A stretch of 62,605 bases of DNA, the filler included, from Porpidia crustulata (Eukaryota): NCBI GenBank assembly GCA_964255105.1. It is 7 parts of 7 records of this genome, joined end to end, with 100 filler letters (N's around TTAATTAATTAA, not from the genome) between each part and the next. Parts side by side here need not be neighbours in the genome. Positions count along the whole stretch, not along the records: positions 53,767 to 62,605 come from CAXUWE010001041.1; 6 more parts are not named here. One strand, written 5' to 3'. The position numbers and the translations under genes are program-made. Numbering within the stretch: position 1 is the first letter of the stretch; each line of letters starts with the position of its first letter. The notes beneath the pieces are model-generated. The model did no database searches. It worked only from the letters and a program-made list of their open reading frames with translations, and had not been told where the DNA came from. Below are positions 61,660 through 62,605 of the stretch, one piece after another.

Positions 61660-62180
61660 AGGACTTTGTGCTTGATTTACGGAGGCATCCAGGAGTAAAT
61701 GTGGGAAGGCAAAAGCGGTGAGGCGAAGAAGCAAGGCAGCCTATAGAGTCTAGAATCAACAGAGTGGCTGCTTCGGCCGGGTCTCCTATACTTGTGCCTC
61801 CAATTTTGTATCTCATTCCTTAATTTCCTCCATGTGACGGCCAAGATTACAGACCGATTGAAGAAGTGGCTGCAACAGGCCCTCACTGACTCGGCGCCAT
61901 GCCTTTAGATGACCGATAACTAATCTGATTTCAAGGATATCACTAAGTGATTTGAGGTATGCCGAGGCATAGTAGGTGTTCCAAACCATTTGGCAAAGGT
62001 AATCCATTGATTAGTGAGAACTTCCGTGTAAGCTGACCGCGACTGTATTGAAAGGTCCACAGAAAGAAACTTCCAAACGGAAATCGATACAAATAGCCGT
62101 CATTACCTGGCAAGGCATCACATCCTCAGTCAATTGCTTACTACTGATCCCCACGATAGCTACCAGGCGCAAAATCCATC

Positions 62181-62605
62181 ATGTCACGCACATTGGCGCC
62201 ATTCAAGGCGTTCATCCACCGTGGCCCCTTCAACGAAACCTCACGCGCGCATCCCGTCCTCGCTTTCTTTGAGAAATACGTCAACATGGTCGACGCCTGC
62301 GACTACTCGGGACCGTCCAGCCGCTGGTACGCCGACGGAGCCTCCTTCTTCAACCAAGACAAGACCATCTATGCGAGCGGCCCGGCGATCTGGCGATGGA
62401 TGGGAGGGTCTTTGTTTGGTGGGTTTGAGAAGATGAGCGGAGAAATCGTGCAGATTACGGTGGTGGAGTTGGAGGAGGGAAAGCGGTACAGGTTGTTGCT
62501 GGATGAGCTGCGGACCTTTTGGATTAAGGGGAGGGAGCCAATCACCGTGCCGAGGGCGCTGCAGTTCATCACGGGGATAGCGGAGAAGGAGGGAGAGGGT
62601 GAAGG
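62181..62605 (+). CDS. Probable NTF2/SnoaL-like fold protein, runs off the window end
   Basis: Open frame from ATG 62181: MSRTLAPFKAFIHRGPFNETSRAHPVLAFFEKYVNMVD...WYADGASFFNQDKTIYASGPAIWRWM. The fold call is by pattern only. Confidence 0.5.
   Translation, partial: MSRTLAPFKAFIHRGPFNETSRAHPVLAFFEKYVNMVDACDYSGPSSRWYADGASFFNQDKTIYASGPAIWRWMGGSLFGGFEKMSGEIVQITVVELEEGKRYRLLLDELRTFWIKGREPITVPRALQFITGIAEKEGEGE

Overview
Eukaryotic DNA from a filamentous ascomycete (Pezizomycotina), judged from the spliceosomal introns, RIP-like decay of repeats and fungal gene families. It is not one locus. Seven unrelated contigs (8880, 8872, 8869, 8853, 8851, 8841 and 8839 bp, sorted by size) are joined by N44-TTAATTAATTAA-N44 linkers, so synteny holds only within a contig. 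Recognisable housekeeping genes: EGD2, a TCP11/SOK1-family gene, RAD5 (3'-truncated), GTPBP1-like, LSM3, GCD2, ADE6, RBX1, MRPL25, APE2 and SEC59. There are also DUF3433, CorA-like, RRM and PNRC-motif genes. Three observations stand out. (1) A tRNA-Cys(GCA) gene at 52784-52905 is interrupted in its D-arm by a 49-nt intron with spliceosomal signals (GTATGT...GACTAAC...TAG) instead of a canonical anticodon-loop tRNA intron. (2) A head-to-head amyloid-signalling pair: an NB-ARC/TPR NLR whose first exon carries one HET-s-like amyloid motif, and a HeLo-like effector with two matching C-terminal repeats; the NLR sensor half is destroyed by Trp-to-stop changes. (3) A 567-bp degenerate insertion duplicated the GTAAG splice donor of an uncharacterised gene and appears to be spliced out harmlessly. 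Family assignments come from motif recognition, not database searches.
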